Positions 54,809 through 63,874 of a DNA stretch of 64,000 nucleotides are shown here, one piece after another. The notes under the pieces are model-generated. The model saw only the letters and a list, made by a program, of their open reading frames with translations. It had not been told where the DNA came from and searched no databases. Both the position numbers and the translations under genes were made by a program. The stretch's first letter is position 1; each line of letters begins with the position of its first letter. Origin of the DNA: Polymorphobacter sp. (GTDB taxonomy: Bacteria > Pseudomonadota > Alphaproteobacteria > Sphingomonadales > Sphingomonadaceae); NCBI GenBank assembly GCA_049318305.1, contig JBMOGO010000004.1:653-64652 (forward strand). The letters are read 5' to 3'.

Positions 54809-54991
54809 ATGTTCGCCAGCTGGTTCGCGCTCGTCGTCGCCGTGGAACGCCGGCAACCACCCTACCGCCATCGCGCCGCCGGCGCGGTGGCGGTTGTCTT
54901 TGCCATCGCCTTCATCACCTTGGCCCAGGCCGCGCTCGATGGCAGCGCCTTCCTGCGCAGCGGCGCGGCAGCACTCGGCGCTTATGGCTAG
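54809..54991 (+). CDS. possible small two-TM membrane protein downstream of cI
   Basis: 60 aa from the ATG; the frame is open from 54728 with a CTG at 54770. Hydrophobic segments FASWFALVVAV and AVAVVFAIAFITLA. Confidence 0.3.
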   Translation: MFASWFALVVAVERRQPPYRHRAAGAVAVVFAIAFITLAQAALDGSAFLRSGAAALGAYG

Positions 54992-55000
54992 GGCTGTAAC

Positions 55001-55065
55001 CGCCCGGTAATGTAAGCGAACCACTTACAAATCCGCTTGACACAGTAATCGTTTCGATGACAAAA
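55001..55065 (+). promoter_or_regulatory. control region of the rightward early operon with shared operator-like motifs
   Basis: CGGTAAT-TGTAAGCGA-ACCA-CTTACA (inverted TGTAAG/CTTACA arms), TTGACA at 55037, TAATCG at 55046. Upstream of the GGAGG-GTG start at 55097. Confidence 0.4.
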
Positions 55066-55096
55066 CTCGCCCCGTTCACACGAACGGAGGCAAAAC

Positions 55097-55351
55097 GTGC
55101 CACGACCATCCCCCAAATCACCGCGGCACACCGCGCGTCTTGTCCATTTCAAATCGCCGGTTGGCGAGGCGCCGCATTTCTTCATGGCGGTGTCGCGCGA
55201 TGGCGACCCAAAGGCGTGCCAGCGGCTGTTCCCGCTCGATCTGGAAGCCGTCGCCGAACTGCTGCGCTCGTTCGAAACCGCCATGGCGCTGCACCAAAGC
55301 ACCCGCCGGTCGCAGCTGCTCGCCACCGAAAGGATGGTCGGCCATGCGTAA
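55097..55351 (+). CDS. hypothetical phage early protein
   Basis: 84 aa. GTG start 7 nt after GGAGG. Confidence 0.45.
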   Translation: MPRPSPKSPRHTARLVHFKSPVGEAPHFFMAVSRDGDPKACQRLFPLDLEAVAELLRSFETAMALHQSTRRSQLLATERMVGHA

Positions 55352-55622
55352 GACACCTGCCCCGCCGGCGCTGGAAGTCGGCAGCCTGGTCACCGCGCTC
55401 TACACCGATGGCCGCAGCTATCGGGCACAGGTCACCAACTGCGTCACCCCGCATATCATCATCCGCCACACCGATGGAGACGGCAAAACTGTCATCGATC
55501 CGCCGGGCTCCACCCGGCTGTTTCTTGTCGGCGATCTTGCCTCGGTGCGCCGCGATGAAAACAACGTGCCCGTCGCGCGTCTGTCGCCGGGCTGGCCCGA
55601 GGAGCAACGCCATGCCGCATGA
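55344..55622 (+). CDS. hypothetical phage early protein (small beta-barrel-like)
   Basis: 92 aa from the ATG overlapping the previous stop region. VGSLVTALYTDGRSYRAQVTN... Confidence 0.45.
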   Translation: MRKTPAPPALEVGSLVTALYTDGRSYRAQVTNCVTPHIIIRHTDGDGKTVIDPPGSTRLFLVGDLASVRRDENNVPVARLSPGWPEEQRHAA

Positions 55623-55926
55623 ACTTGTCCTGCGTGACCGCCTGAAAGGCGCGGTCGGCATCCACTATATCGGCCATCGTCTCGGCCAGGCCACGCATTC
55701 GGAACGCTGGCTGCGCGCCCGCATCGATTGGCTTGTGGAAAACAAGGGCTTCCCCCGCCACCTGCCCAGCCCGCGCGTCAATGAACGCATCTACAGCGCC
55801 CGCGCCGTCGATGCCTGGTTTGATAGCTGGTATGGCGAGGCCGATCACGCCGGCATCGATGCCGCCGATCGCAAGGACTATGCGACGCTGCTGGATGCCC
55901 GCGCCGCGCAACTGTCGGCCGGCTGA
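55612..55926 (+). CDS. hypothetical phage early protein, possible AlpA/excisionase-like HTH
   Basis: 104 aa. IGHRLGQATHSERWLRARIDWLVENKGFPRHLP loosely resembles AlpA-type HTH followed by the GFP motif. Confidence 0.35.
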   Translation: MPHELVLRDRLKGAVGIHYIGHRLGQATHSERWLRARIDWLVENKGFPRHLPSPRVNERIYSARAVDAWFDSWYGEADHAGIDAADRKDYATLLDARAAQLSAG

Positions 55927-56210
55927 TGCCCGCCATCGCCCCCGATTTTGAAACCGCGATGCAGCTGAACGCCCTCGCCAGTCGCGCCCATGCGGTTGAC
56001 AAGGGGCACGGCGGCATGGGCACCCACGCCAGCACCGTGCGCCACTGGCGCCACCTGCTCGAAATCCACCACACCCGCATCGCACCGCTGGATTTCGCCG
56101 CGCTCGCCAGCCTCGGCGACCCGCGTTTCTTTGTCGAAGCCTGCGCCATCCGCCGCCGCTGGACCCACCACAGCATCGCTACCGCCATCGATGGCGCTGC
56201 CGCCGCTTAA
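55926..56210 (+). CDS. hypothetical phage early protein
   Basis: 94 aa. ATGA-type overlap with the previous gene. Confidence 0.4.
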   Translation: MPAIAPDFETAMQLNALASRAHAVDKGHGGMGTHASTVRHWRHLLEIHHTRIAPLDFAALASLGDPRFFVEACAIRRRWTHHSIATAIDGAAAA

Positions 56211-56226
56211 CCCGAAAGGATCGACC

Positions 56227-56640
56227 ATGCCCGACACCTTGACCATCGACGCCATCACCACGCCCGCCACCGCCGAAAGCATCGGCGCCACCGGCTGCGC
56301 CGTCGCTTGGACGGATTTTATGAAGGAGCATTGGCTCGGTGGAACGGTGCAGGGCGCCGTTGCCGGCCTGCTCAACGGCCTGAACGCCGCGCACCGCAAA
56401 GAGATAGATGACTACTTCCGCGCCACCTTCGACCAGTTGGCAGCAAATGCCGCAAAGCTGGAAGAATTCCGCGCCGCCGCTAAGGCCTCGCATAGCCTGT
56501 TTGCCGATCTGCAAAGCGGCGGGCCGGTGTCGGACGCACGCATTGCCGAGGCCAAGAATTGGACGGTGCGCGCCTTGGGCTTTGACTTTGATCGCATCAT
56601 GGCGCTGGCCAGCGCCACCGGCAAGGAACTTGACGCATGA
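56227..56640 (+). CDS. hypothetical phage early protein
   Basis: 137 aa from the ATG after GAAAGGA. Helical composition. Confidence 0.45.
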   Translation: MPDTLTIDAITTPATAESIGATGCAVAWTDFMKEHWLGGTVQGAVAGLLNGLNAAHRKEIDDYFRATFDQLAANAAKLEEFRAAAKASHSLFADLQSGGPVSDARIAEAKNWTVRALGFDFDRIMALASATGKELDA

Positions 56641-56909
56641 CGCCGCGCTACACCGGCCCGGTGCTGGTCGATCCCGCCAATGATCGCCCCGGCATCCGCA
56701 ACGACTATGCCGCGCTGCACGACGGCGCGCACGCCGCTGCCAAGGCGCCGGCCTTCTATCGGCCCTGGGCGGCGACACCGCCGCGCGCCCCACGTGCGCT
56801 GCCCCGCCTGCTGCCGCGCCCGCGCGCCGATCGGCCGCGCCGGCGCGCTGCCACCGCCTGCGCCTTCATCCTGCTGCTCGCGCTTTTCGTCGCCGCCAGC
56901 TGGGCATGA
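56637..56909 (+). CDS. hypothetical phage protein with C-terminal TM helix
   Basis: 90 aa. ATGA overlap. Basic Pro/Arg-rich middle and FILLLALFVAASWA tail. Confidence 0.35.
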   Translation: MTPRYTGPVLVDPANDRPGIRNDYAALHDGAHAAAKAPAFYRPWAATPPRAPRALPRLLPRPRADRPRRRAATACAFILLLALFVAASWA

Positions 56910-56983
56910 TGACCCTTTCGCCGATCGCCGGCGCCATCGCCTGGGTGGCGCTCATCGCCATCGCCTGGCGCATCTGCCGCTAA
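56906..56983 (+). CDS. possible 25-aa hydrophobic peptide
   Basis: MMTLSPIAGAIAWVALIAIAWRICR. ATGA overlap with the previous ORF. Fills the gap before the next RBS. Confidence 0.2.
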   Translation: MMTLSPIAGAIAWVALIAIAWRICR

Positions 56984-57001
56984 CCCTGAAAGGAAAACCC
57001 A

Positions 57002-57718
<717 letters not shown>

Positions 57719-57807
57719 CCCTCCGCATGGCGCTTGCAGATTCGGGCTTTGCCCTGTCTGCGAGCGCGCCATGCGCCCTGTCGCATTAACGGTCTGGATC
57801 ATACCCC

Positions 57808-58251
57808 ATGCACACCGCCACCGCGTTACGCGCTGCTCCGCAAATCCCGCTGTTCTGCGATCCGGTGGAAACCGGCCCCAGCGCTGCCGCGCGCGCCGCT
57901 GCTGACCCCGCTGCGCGCCACTGTGCCGAATGCGGCGCGGTGCTGGCGCGCGCCTATGGCAAGCGCAATATGTTCTGCGGCCGGCCGCATCAACTGGCCT
58001 TTGCCAACCGGATGACGGTGCGCGGCCGCGTGCTGACCCCGCTGGCGATCGCCGCCTATAAAACCCGCAACGGCTCGCGCGGCACCGCCGGTCGCCCCGC
58101 CGATGCCGAACGCCACAAGGCAGCGGGCAAGGCAGCGGCACACCGGATGCGCCAGCTTATCGACCGCTGGGACGACGAGGACCGCGCCGCCGGCCGGATG
58201 CTGGCCATCGACTATTGCGCCCTGCGCGACCGCCTTGGCTATGGTGATTGA
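57808..58251 (+). CDS. hypothetical phage protein with zinc-ribbon-like motif
   Basis: 147 aa. CAECG...(13 aa)...FCGRPH. Confidence 0.45.
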   Translation: MHTATALRAAPQIPLFCDPVETGPSAAARAAADPAARHCAECGAVLARAYGKRNMFCGRPHQLAFANRMTVRGRVLTPLAIAAYKTRNGSRGTAGRPADAERHKAAGKAAAHRMRQLIDRWDDEDRAAGRMLAIDYCALRDRLGYGD

Positions 58252-58517
58252 TGATGATTGTCGTGCGCGTTGAACTCTGGTCCGCCATCACCGGGGACAA
58301 GACGGAACTGGCCCGAATGCACATTTCCAACATCGGCGGCACGGCGCGGCGCGGCGATTATGCCGGCGAAACCCTGCGCGGTCGTAGCCGCGACGCGCTC
58401 GATCGCGGGCTGGTGCAGCATCGTGGCACCGTCACCAATCACCCCCGGCTTGATCTGCACGTTTGGCACCTGGTCGCCAAGATGCTGGTTGCCTGCGGCT
58501 ATGGACAGGCCAAGTGA
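58248..58517 (+). CDS. conserved hypothetical prophage protein
   Basis: 89 aa. VRVELWSAITGDKTELARMHISNIGG...RGDY...RGRS is a pattern I recall from many proteobacterial prophages. Function unknown. Confidence 0.5.
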   Translation: MMMIVVRVELWSAITGDKTELARMHISNIGGTARRGDYAGETLRGRSRDALDRGLVQHRGTVTNHPRLDLHVWHLVAKMLVACGYGQAK

Positions 58518-58822
58518 CCGCCACCCCAATCCGCCTGCGCCTGTCGCGCCAGCCCGGCTATCGCCTCTGGATCGCTTCGATCGCCGCCAATGGCCTGCCT
58601 GCCGTCAGCTGCGCCCGGCCGCACCCGCACGGCAATTACGCCGGCAGCACCCGCGCCGATTTCGAAGCCGATCTAGCCAGCATGGCGAACGCCGATCGCG
58701 CCTTCATGCTTGATCGCATCCGCATCGATCTGCGCGGCAAGAACCTTGCCTGCTGGTGCGCGCTCGATGCACCATGCCATGTCGATGTGCTGCTGGCACT
58801 CGCCAATGGAGACTTTGCGTGA
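58514..58822 (+). CDS. DUF4326 domain protein
   Basis: 102 aa from the GTG overlapping the previous TGA. RLRLSRQPGYRL...RPHPHGNY...DLRGKNLACWCALDAPCHVDVLLALAN matches the remembered DUF4326 signature (L.CWC....CH.DVL). Confidence 0.6.
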   Translation: MTATPIRLRLSRQPGYRLWIASIAANGLPAVSCARPHPHGNYAGSTRADFEADLASMANADRAFMLDRIRIDLRGKNLACWCALDAPCHVDVLLALANGDFA

Positions 58823-59134
58823 CCAGTGAAATTAGATTTGCGATCCAGATTTCCCGTCATCAAATAGCCGATGATCGGTTGCCGCCCGATGATATGCAGA
58901 CCTTGGCAAATTGGGGTCACATGCGTCGCGGCGGATAGGGGGTGTTTCAACCTTTCGGCAACTGGCACTTTGGCTTGTCATTCCGGCGCGCGTTCGACGC
59001 ACTATTAGGCGCTTTTCCGGTTGAACGACGCCACCGCCTGCGCTGGGAAGCGTGGCAGACCAGCACAGGCGCGACGACGATAGAGGCGACGACCAATCTT
59101 GACACCCGCGCCTAAAAACCGGCACAACCCCGCC

Positions 59135-59368
59135 ATGACCACCACGCCCCGCACCGTTCTTCTAGCCGAAGCTGCCGAAGCGATCGGCGGGCAACGCGCG
59201 CTCGCGCGCGCACTCGGCGTCGGCGAACGCAGCGTGCGCGCCTGGTTGGCCGGCGAACGCTCGATCAGCGATGGCGTGTTGCTCGATGCCGAAACCGCTG
59301 TTGAACGGCACATCACCTATTGCCAATCCGTCATCGCCAAGATGGAAGCCGCCCGCAATTCATCCTGA
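59135..59368 (+). CDS. HTH DNA-binding protein upstream of the integrase (regulator or excision factor candidate)
   Basis: 77 aa from ATG 59135. GGQRALARALGVGERSVRAWLAGER HTH. The TTG at 59099 is a less likely start. Confidence 0.5.
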   Translation: MTTTPRTVLLAEAAEAIGGQRALARALGVGERSVRAWLAGERSISDGVLLDAETAVERHITYCQSVIAKMEAARNSS

Positions 59369-59394
59369 CCGCCTGCCCATAAGGAGCCACCGCC

Positions 59395-60585
59395 ATGGCG
59401 ACTTTCACCATTCAATATCTCACCACCCGCCCCGGCCGGCACGGCGTCACCCGCTTTTACTGGCAACCCTCGGCCGCGCTCAAAAAGGCGGGGTGGCAGC
59501 TGGTCACCCTCGGCACCGATCAGGACACCGCGATAAAGGCGACGCAGCGCCTCAACGACCAGGTGGCAGAATGGAAGGCTGGCGGCGCCGCCACCCGCGC
59601 CGCCGCCGCAGCTGGCGCAGCTGCTCGGCCCTTTCGGCCGCGCGGCACTGTCGGCGAAATCATCGCCGCCTATCGGGAAAAGCGCCTGCCCGATCATGCC
59701 GCCAGCACCCAGCACACCTATGGCAGCTGCCTTGATATCATCGAACGCTGGGCCGGTGACGTGCCCGCCGTGCAAATCACTCGCAAGCGCGTCCAGGTGT
59801 TCAAGACCGAACTGGCAAAGCCGGCGAAGAAAGGCGGACCTGCGCGCCTCACTCGCGCCGCCGGTACCATGCGGGTCGGCCGCACCCTGTTCCAATGGGC
59901 GCTGAATGAAGATTTGATTTCTGAAAATCCGTTCGCCGGCGCTGGCGTCCACAACCCGGCGCCGCGCGATCAGATATGGCCCGACCATGCCATTGATGCC
60001 ATGGTCACCGCTGCCGATGCCGCCGGCGTTCCCAGCATGGGCACCGCCATCATGCTCGCCGCCTTCATCGGCCAGCGGGAGGGTGACATTCTCAAACTGC
60101 AATGGAGCCAATGGAAGGATGGCCGCATCCGGCTGCGCCAGGGCAAGACCAAACGCTGGGTAGAGGTGCGCGCCGTCGCCAGCCTGCGCACCCGCCTCGA
60201 TGCCCTCGCCGCCGCCAACCGCGCGCGCGCTGTGCCCAGCCTTACCCTGCTGGTGCGCGAAAGCGACGGCAAAGCCTATCCGGCGCATTATTTTCAGGTG
60301 GAATTTCGCCGCATCAAGGCACTGGCGATCGCCGCCGGCTGCGATGATCTGGCGGACCTGCAATATCGGGACTTGCGCCACACCTGCATCGTGCGCTTGG
60401 CCGAGGCCGATATCGAATTGCAGAACATCGCCGCGATCAGCGGCCACCAGATTGAAAGCTGCAAGCGCATCCTCGAAACCTACATGCCCGGCACCACCCG
60501 CATGGCCGATGCCGCGATTGAACAATTCGAAGCGCACCAGGCCCGCCAGTCAGGCGCCGCCGACACGAAGGAACAACAGGGATGA
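59395..60585 (+). CDS. int: tyrosine recombinase / phage integrase
   Basis: 396 aa. AAGGAG RBS. Catalytic-domain pattern GQREGDIL, YRDLRHTCIVRLAEA, ISGHQ...ILETYMP (R..H.R..Y set). Confidence 0.9.
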   Translation: MATFTIQYLTTRPGRHGVTRFYWQPSAALKKAGWQLVTLGTDQDTAIKATQRLNDQVAEWKAGGAATRAAAAAGAAARPFRPRGTVGEIIAAYREKRLPDHAASTQHTYGSCLDIIERWAGDVPAVQITRKRVQVFKTELAKPAKKGGPARLTRAAGTMRVGRTLFQWALNEDLISENPFAGAGVHNPAPRDQIWPDHAIDAMVTAADAAGVPSMGTAIMLAAFIGQREGDILKLQWSQWKDGRIRLRQGKTKRWVEVRAVASLRTRLDALAAANRARAVPSLTLLVRESDGKAYPAHYFQVEFRRIKALAIAAGCDDLADLQYRDLRHTCIVRLAEADIELQNIAAISGHQIESCKRILETYMPGTTRMADAAIEQFEAHQARQSGAADTKEQQG

Positions 60586-60854
60586 CCAGCTGCGCGGAAA
60601 TCCTACAGGAAATCATGACCGAACGGCGCTTCTTCGCGCAGCTGGCCATCCCATTCGATGAGCTCATTGTGCATCTGACGAACGATGAGCTTACCGCCTT
60701 CATGCGCGAACAGCGCGTCGATCATGGCCCCCACAGTGACGGCCTGCCAAAGACAATATTTGGCTTCCCTTTCACGATCGTTGAGGAACGCGCCGGCGCG
60801 TTCCTCACGCTGCGGCCGGGCAGCCGACTAACAGTTAAACGAACCGCCGACTAA
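60582..60854 (+). CDS. hypothetical protein translationally coupled to the integrase (ATGA overlap)
   Basis: 90 aa. GC visibly lower than the surroundings. Last ORF before host genes. Confidence 0.45.
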   Translation: MTSCAEILQEIMTERRFFAQLAIPFDELIVHLTNDELTAFMREQRVDHGPHSDGLPKTIFGFPFTIVEERAGAFLTLRPGSRLTVKRTAD

Positions 60855-60933
60855 CAGCCGCCATCGCCCCGCTGCCAAGCACCTGAAAATGCTATAGCAG
60901 CGAAGCGAAAACGGCCTTAAGTATGTAGCCTCG

Positions 60934-61404
60934 ATGGTTATGGATACCGCGCCCACCTATCTGGTCGTCATTGACCAGAGCGCTGAAAGCCGCGTCGCAT
61001 TGCGTTTTGCTGCGATGCGCGCCGGCCACGTCGGGGCGCGGGTGGCTCTTGTGCATGTCATTCGCAAGTCGGAATTCATGCAATGGGGCGCCGTGCAGGA
61101 AGCGATGGCTGCCGAAGCCCGCGTCGAAGCCGAAGCCTTGCTCGCCGCTCTTGCGGACGAGGCCGAATCGCTGGGAGGCGCGCGGCCGGCACTCGTTATT
61201 CTGGAAGGCGATGCAGCGCCGGCGATTTTTGACCATGTTCGCGGCGATCCGACGATCCGTGCGCTGGTGCTGGGCGCTGCGTCCAAGGGTGCCCCCGGTC
61301 CGCTGATCAGTTTTTTCACCGGTGAACGCGCCGGCCAACTGCCGTGTGTCGTCATCATCGTGCCCGGCGGCCTTGATACGGAACGACTTGAATCGCTGAC
61401 CTGA
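60934..61404 (+). CDS. universal stress protein (UspA family)
   Basis: 156 aa. YLVVIDQSAES...ALVHV...LVLGAASKG...G....VVIVP pattern. Confidence 0.75.
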   Translation: MVMDTAPTYLVVIDQSAESRVALRFAAMRAGHVGARVALVHVIRKSEFMQWGAVQEAMAAEARVEAEALLAALADEAESLGGARPALVILEGDAAPAIFDHVRGDPTIRALVLGAASKGAPGPLISFFTGERAGQLPCVVIIVPGGLDTERLESLT

Positions 61405-61521
61405 TCGACGATCGCCAACACGATTCCACAATTCGGATGATTTTCGTCGCATTTCAGGTTGATTCCGCCGGCCATCCGCGCCACATCCGCGGCAACCGTA
61501 TCAGCAAGGGCCTTGCCTGCC

Positions 61522-62076
61522 ATGTTCATCGAAACCGAACGTACCCCCAATCCGGCGACCCTGATGTTCCGACCCGGTCGCAGCGTCACTGATGGAACGA
61601 CGGTTGATTTTGCCACGCCTGAAGCGGGAGAAACATCGCCGCTCGCTGCGGCGCTGTTCGCTCTCGGCGATGTCGAGCGCGTGTTTTTTGGCGCTGAGTT
61701 TGTCAGCGTCACTAAGGCCGAGGGTTCGGCCGACTGGAACGAACTGAAGACCCAGGTTCTTGGCGTTCTCGTCGATCATTTCAGTTCGGGGGCGCCGCTG
61801 TTCACCAGTGCCGCATCGGGCCCGGTGATCAACGACGACCCGGAAGACGCCGAAATCGTCACGCAGATCATCGAGCTGATCGACACGCGCATCCGCCCGC
61901 AGGTTGCCGGCGATGGCGGCGACATCGTCTATCGCGGTTTCAACAAGGGCACGGTTTTCCTCGAAATGCAGGGGGCTTGTTCGGGCTGCCCGTCCTCGAC
62001 GGCGACGCTCAAGATGGGTATCGAATCGCTGCTGAAATATTATGTGCCCGAAGTCACCGATGTTCGCGCCATCTGA
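61522..62076 (+). CDS. NifU-family Fe-S cluster scaffold/carrier (Nfu N-domain plus NifU C-domain)
   Basis: MFIETERTPNPATLMF N-domain start. C-domain IRPQVAGDGGDIVYRGF..G.V.LEMQGACSGCPSSTATLK. Confidence 0.85.
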   Translation: MFIETERTPNPATLMFRPGRSVTDGTTVDFATPEAGETSPLAAALFALGDVERVFFGAEFVSVTKAEGSADWNELKTQVLGVLVDHFSSGAPLFTSAASGPVINDDPEDAEIVTQIIELIDTRIRPQVAGDGGDIVYRGFNKGTVFLEMQGACSGCPSSTATLKMGIESLLKYYVPEVTDVRAI

Positions 62077-62085
62077 GGATCAACA

Positions 62086-62676
62086 ATGTCAGGCAATCCC
62101 CTTGGCGCCGACGCGCTCGATCTGCTGTTCCGCGACGCGCGCAGCTATAACAGCTGGGATGCGTCGCCAGTCACGGCAGCGGACCTGCGCCAGCTTTATG
62201 ATCTGGTGAAAATGGGGCCGACATCGGCCAATACGTCGCCCGCCCGCTTCATCTTCTGCAGCAGTGACGCCGCGCGCGCCAAGCTTTCCGCCTGCGCCAC
62301 CGAAAGCAACAAGGCCAAGATCCTGGCGGCGCCGGTCACTGCCATCATCGGTTTCGACATTGCATTCGGTGATCGCCTGCCCGAATTGTTTCCGCAGATG
62401 GATGTGCGGCCATGGTTCGCCGATCCGGCCGTTGCGCGGGAAACCGCGTTCCGCAATTCGTCGCTTCAGGGCGGGTATTTCATTTTGGCGGCCCGCGCCC
62501 TCGGCTGGGACACCGGCCCGATGTCGGGCTTTGACAAGGCCGCGGTCAACGACGCTTTCTGGTCCGGCACCCAGGTGGAAACCAATTTCATCTGCACGAT
62601 GGGCAAGGGCACCACTGAAAATCTGTGGCCGCGCCTGCCGCGCTTGGCGTTCGAGGACGCTGCCACCATCTTGTGA
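62086..62676 (+). CDS. malonic semialdehyde reductase RutE-like nitroreductase
   Basis: 196 aa, collinear with E. coli RutE: LFRDARSYNSW...MGPTSANTSPARF...APVTAII...ETAFRNSSLQ...GWDTGPMSGFD...LPRLAFEDA. Confidence 0.8.
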   Translation: MSGNPLGADALDLLFRDARSYNSWDASPVTAADLRQLYDLVKMGPTSANTSPARFIFCSSDAARAKLSACATESNKAKILAAPVTAIIGFDIAFGDRLPELFPQMDVRPWFADPAVARETAFRNSSLQGGYFILAARALGWDTGPMSGFDKAAVNDAFWSGTQVETNFICTMGKGTTENLWPRLPRLAFEDAATIL

Positions 62677-63272
62677 GCCTGACCCTTGCCATTTCCACCG
62701 CCTCGCCGGCGCTGTCGCTGGCACTCTTCGATGGCGCTGCGTTGATCGTCCATGACCATCGCATCATCGGCCGCGGCCACGCCGAGGCGCTGCTGCCCGG
62801 TATCGTCCAGTTGATGGCGGGCCGGCGCGCCGACGCGATTATCGTCGATACCGGGCCCGGCAGTTTTACCGGCATCCGGATCGGCATCGCTGCGGCGCGG
62901 GCGCTCGGGCTGGCGTGGGGCGTGCCGGTCACCGGGTGTACCGGCGCCGCGCTGGTGGCGGCGCGGGCCTTTGCGCAGGCGCCGCTGCTGGCCGCGGTGA
63001 CAGTGCTGCTCGATGCCGGGCGAGGCCTGGTCCTGCGGCAACGGGTTGCAGCCGATTATTGCACCTCGGCGATCGAAACGTCGCAGCCGGGCGCGCTTGC
63101 AATCGCCGATAGCGAAGCAACCGCGGGGCCGTTGGCGCCTGCCGGACGCGGCAATCGCATCCATGAAGGCCAGCCCGATGCCGCCTTTGCCCTGCACTTG
63201 CCGAAGGCCCAGCGCGACTTTCCACCGCAGGCGTTATATGTGCGACCGCCCGACGCAGTGTTGCCGCTGTGA
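62673..63272 (+). CDS. tsaB: tRNA t6A37 threonylcarbamoyltransferase complex subunit TsaB
   Basis: GTG overlapping the rutE-like TGA. LAISTASPALSLAL...HAEALLP...VDTGPGSFTGIRIGIAAARALGLAWGVPV. Confidence 0.8.
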   Translation: MSLTLAISTASPALSLALFDGAALIVHDHRIIGRGHAEALLPGIVQLMAGRRADAIIVDTGPGSFTGIRIGIAAARALGLAWGVPVTGCTGAALVAARAFAQAPLLAAVTVLLDAGRGLVLRQRVAADYCTSAIETSQPGALAIADSEATAGPLAPAGRGNRIHEGQPDAAFALHLPKAQRDFPPQALYVRPPDAVLPL

Positions 63273-63296
63273 CGGTCTTTCAATAAGCAATCGCCG

Positions 63297-63785
63297 ATGA
63301 GCACCCTGGCTCCACCCGTGATTGCGGTCGCCGACGAACGGCATCTCGATGCGTTGATGATGGTGATGCAGGTCAGTTTCGATCCGGCCTTCGGCGAAGC
63401 CTGGTCGGCACTGCAACTAGCCGGAACGATCGGGATGGCCAGCAGCTATGCGCGCCAAGCCATCGACAGTCGCGGCACCACCACGGCCTTTACCCTGTGC
63501 CGGTCGGCAGGTCCGGAAGTGGAGTTGTTACTGATTGCGGTCCAGCCGCAGCAACGTGGCCTGGGCATTGGCCGCGCGTTGTTGGAAAATGTCTTTCGTG
63601 ATGCTGTTCTTCGCGGTGCTTCGGAGGTGTTCCTCGAAGTGCGCGACAACAATCACGCAGCACGCGCGCTTTATCGTTCGGCAGGGTTCGTCGATGTCGG
63701 ACGGCGCAACGATTATTACGCCGGCGCCGACGGGACACGGTTTGCCGCGATTACAATGCGACGCGGACTTGACAATTTGACCTGA
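63297..63785 (+). CDS. rimI: ribosomal-protein-alanine N-acetyltransferase (GNAT)
   Basis: 162 aa. GNAT motif A IAVQPQQRGLGIGRALL. Canonical position after tsaB. Confidence 0.75.
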   Translation: MSTLAPPVIAVADERHLDALMMVMQVSFDPAFGEAWSALQLAGTIGMASSYARQAIDSRGTTTAFTLCRSAGPEVELLLIAVQPQQRGLGIGRALLENVFRDAVLRGASEVFLEVRDNNHAARALYRSAGFVDVGRRNDYYAGADGTRFAAITMRRGLDNLT

Positions 63786-63874
63786 CCATTTGCGCCACTT
63801 GATTTTGTCGAAAACTGCGACCATGCCATTTGTTGCGGAGGAGGGATCCGCAAGGCAAAGTCAAGGAAACTGAA

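Noticed and set aside
59099-59134. TTG start extending the HTH gene upstream of the integrase
   Set aside because: Neither start has an RBS. The extension MTPAPKNRHNPA adds only low-complexity residues, so ATG 59135 is preferred. The choice is uncertain.
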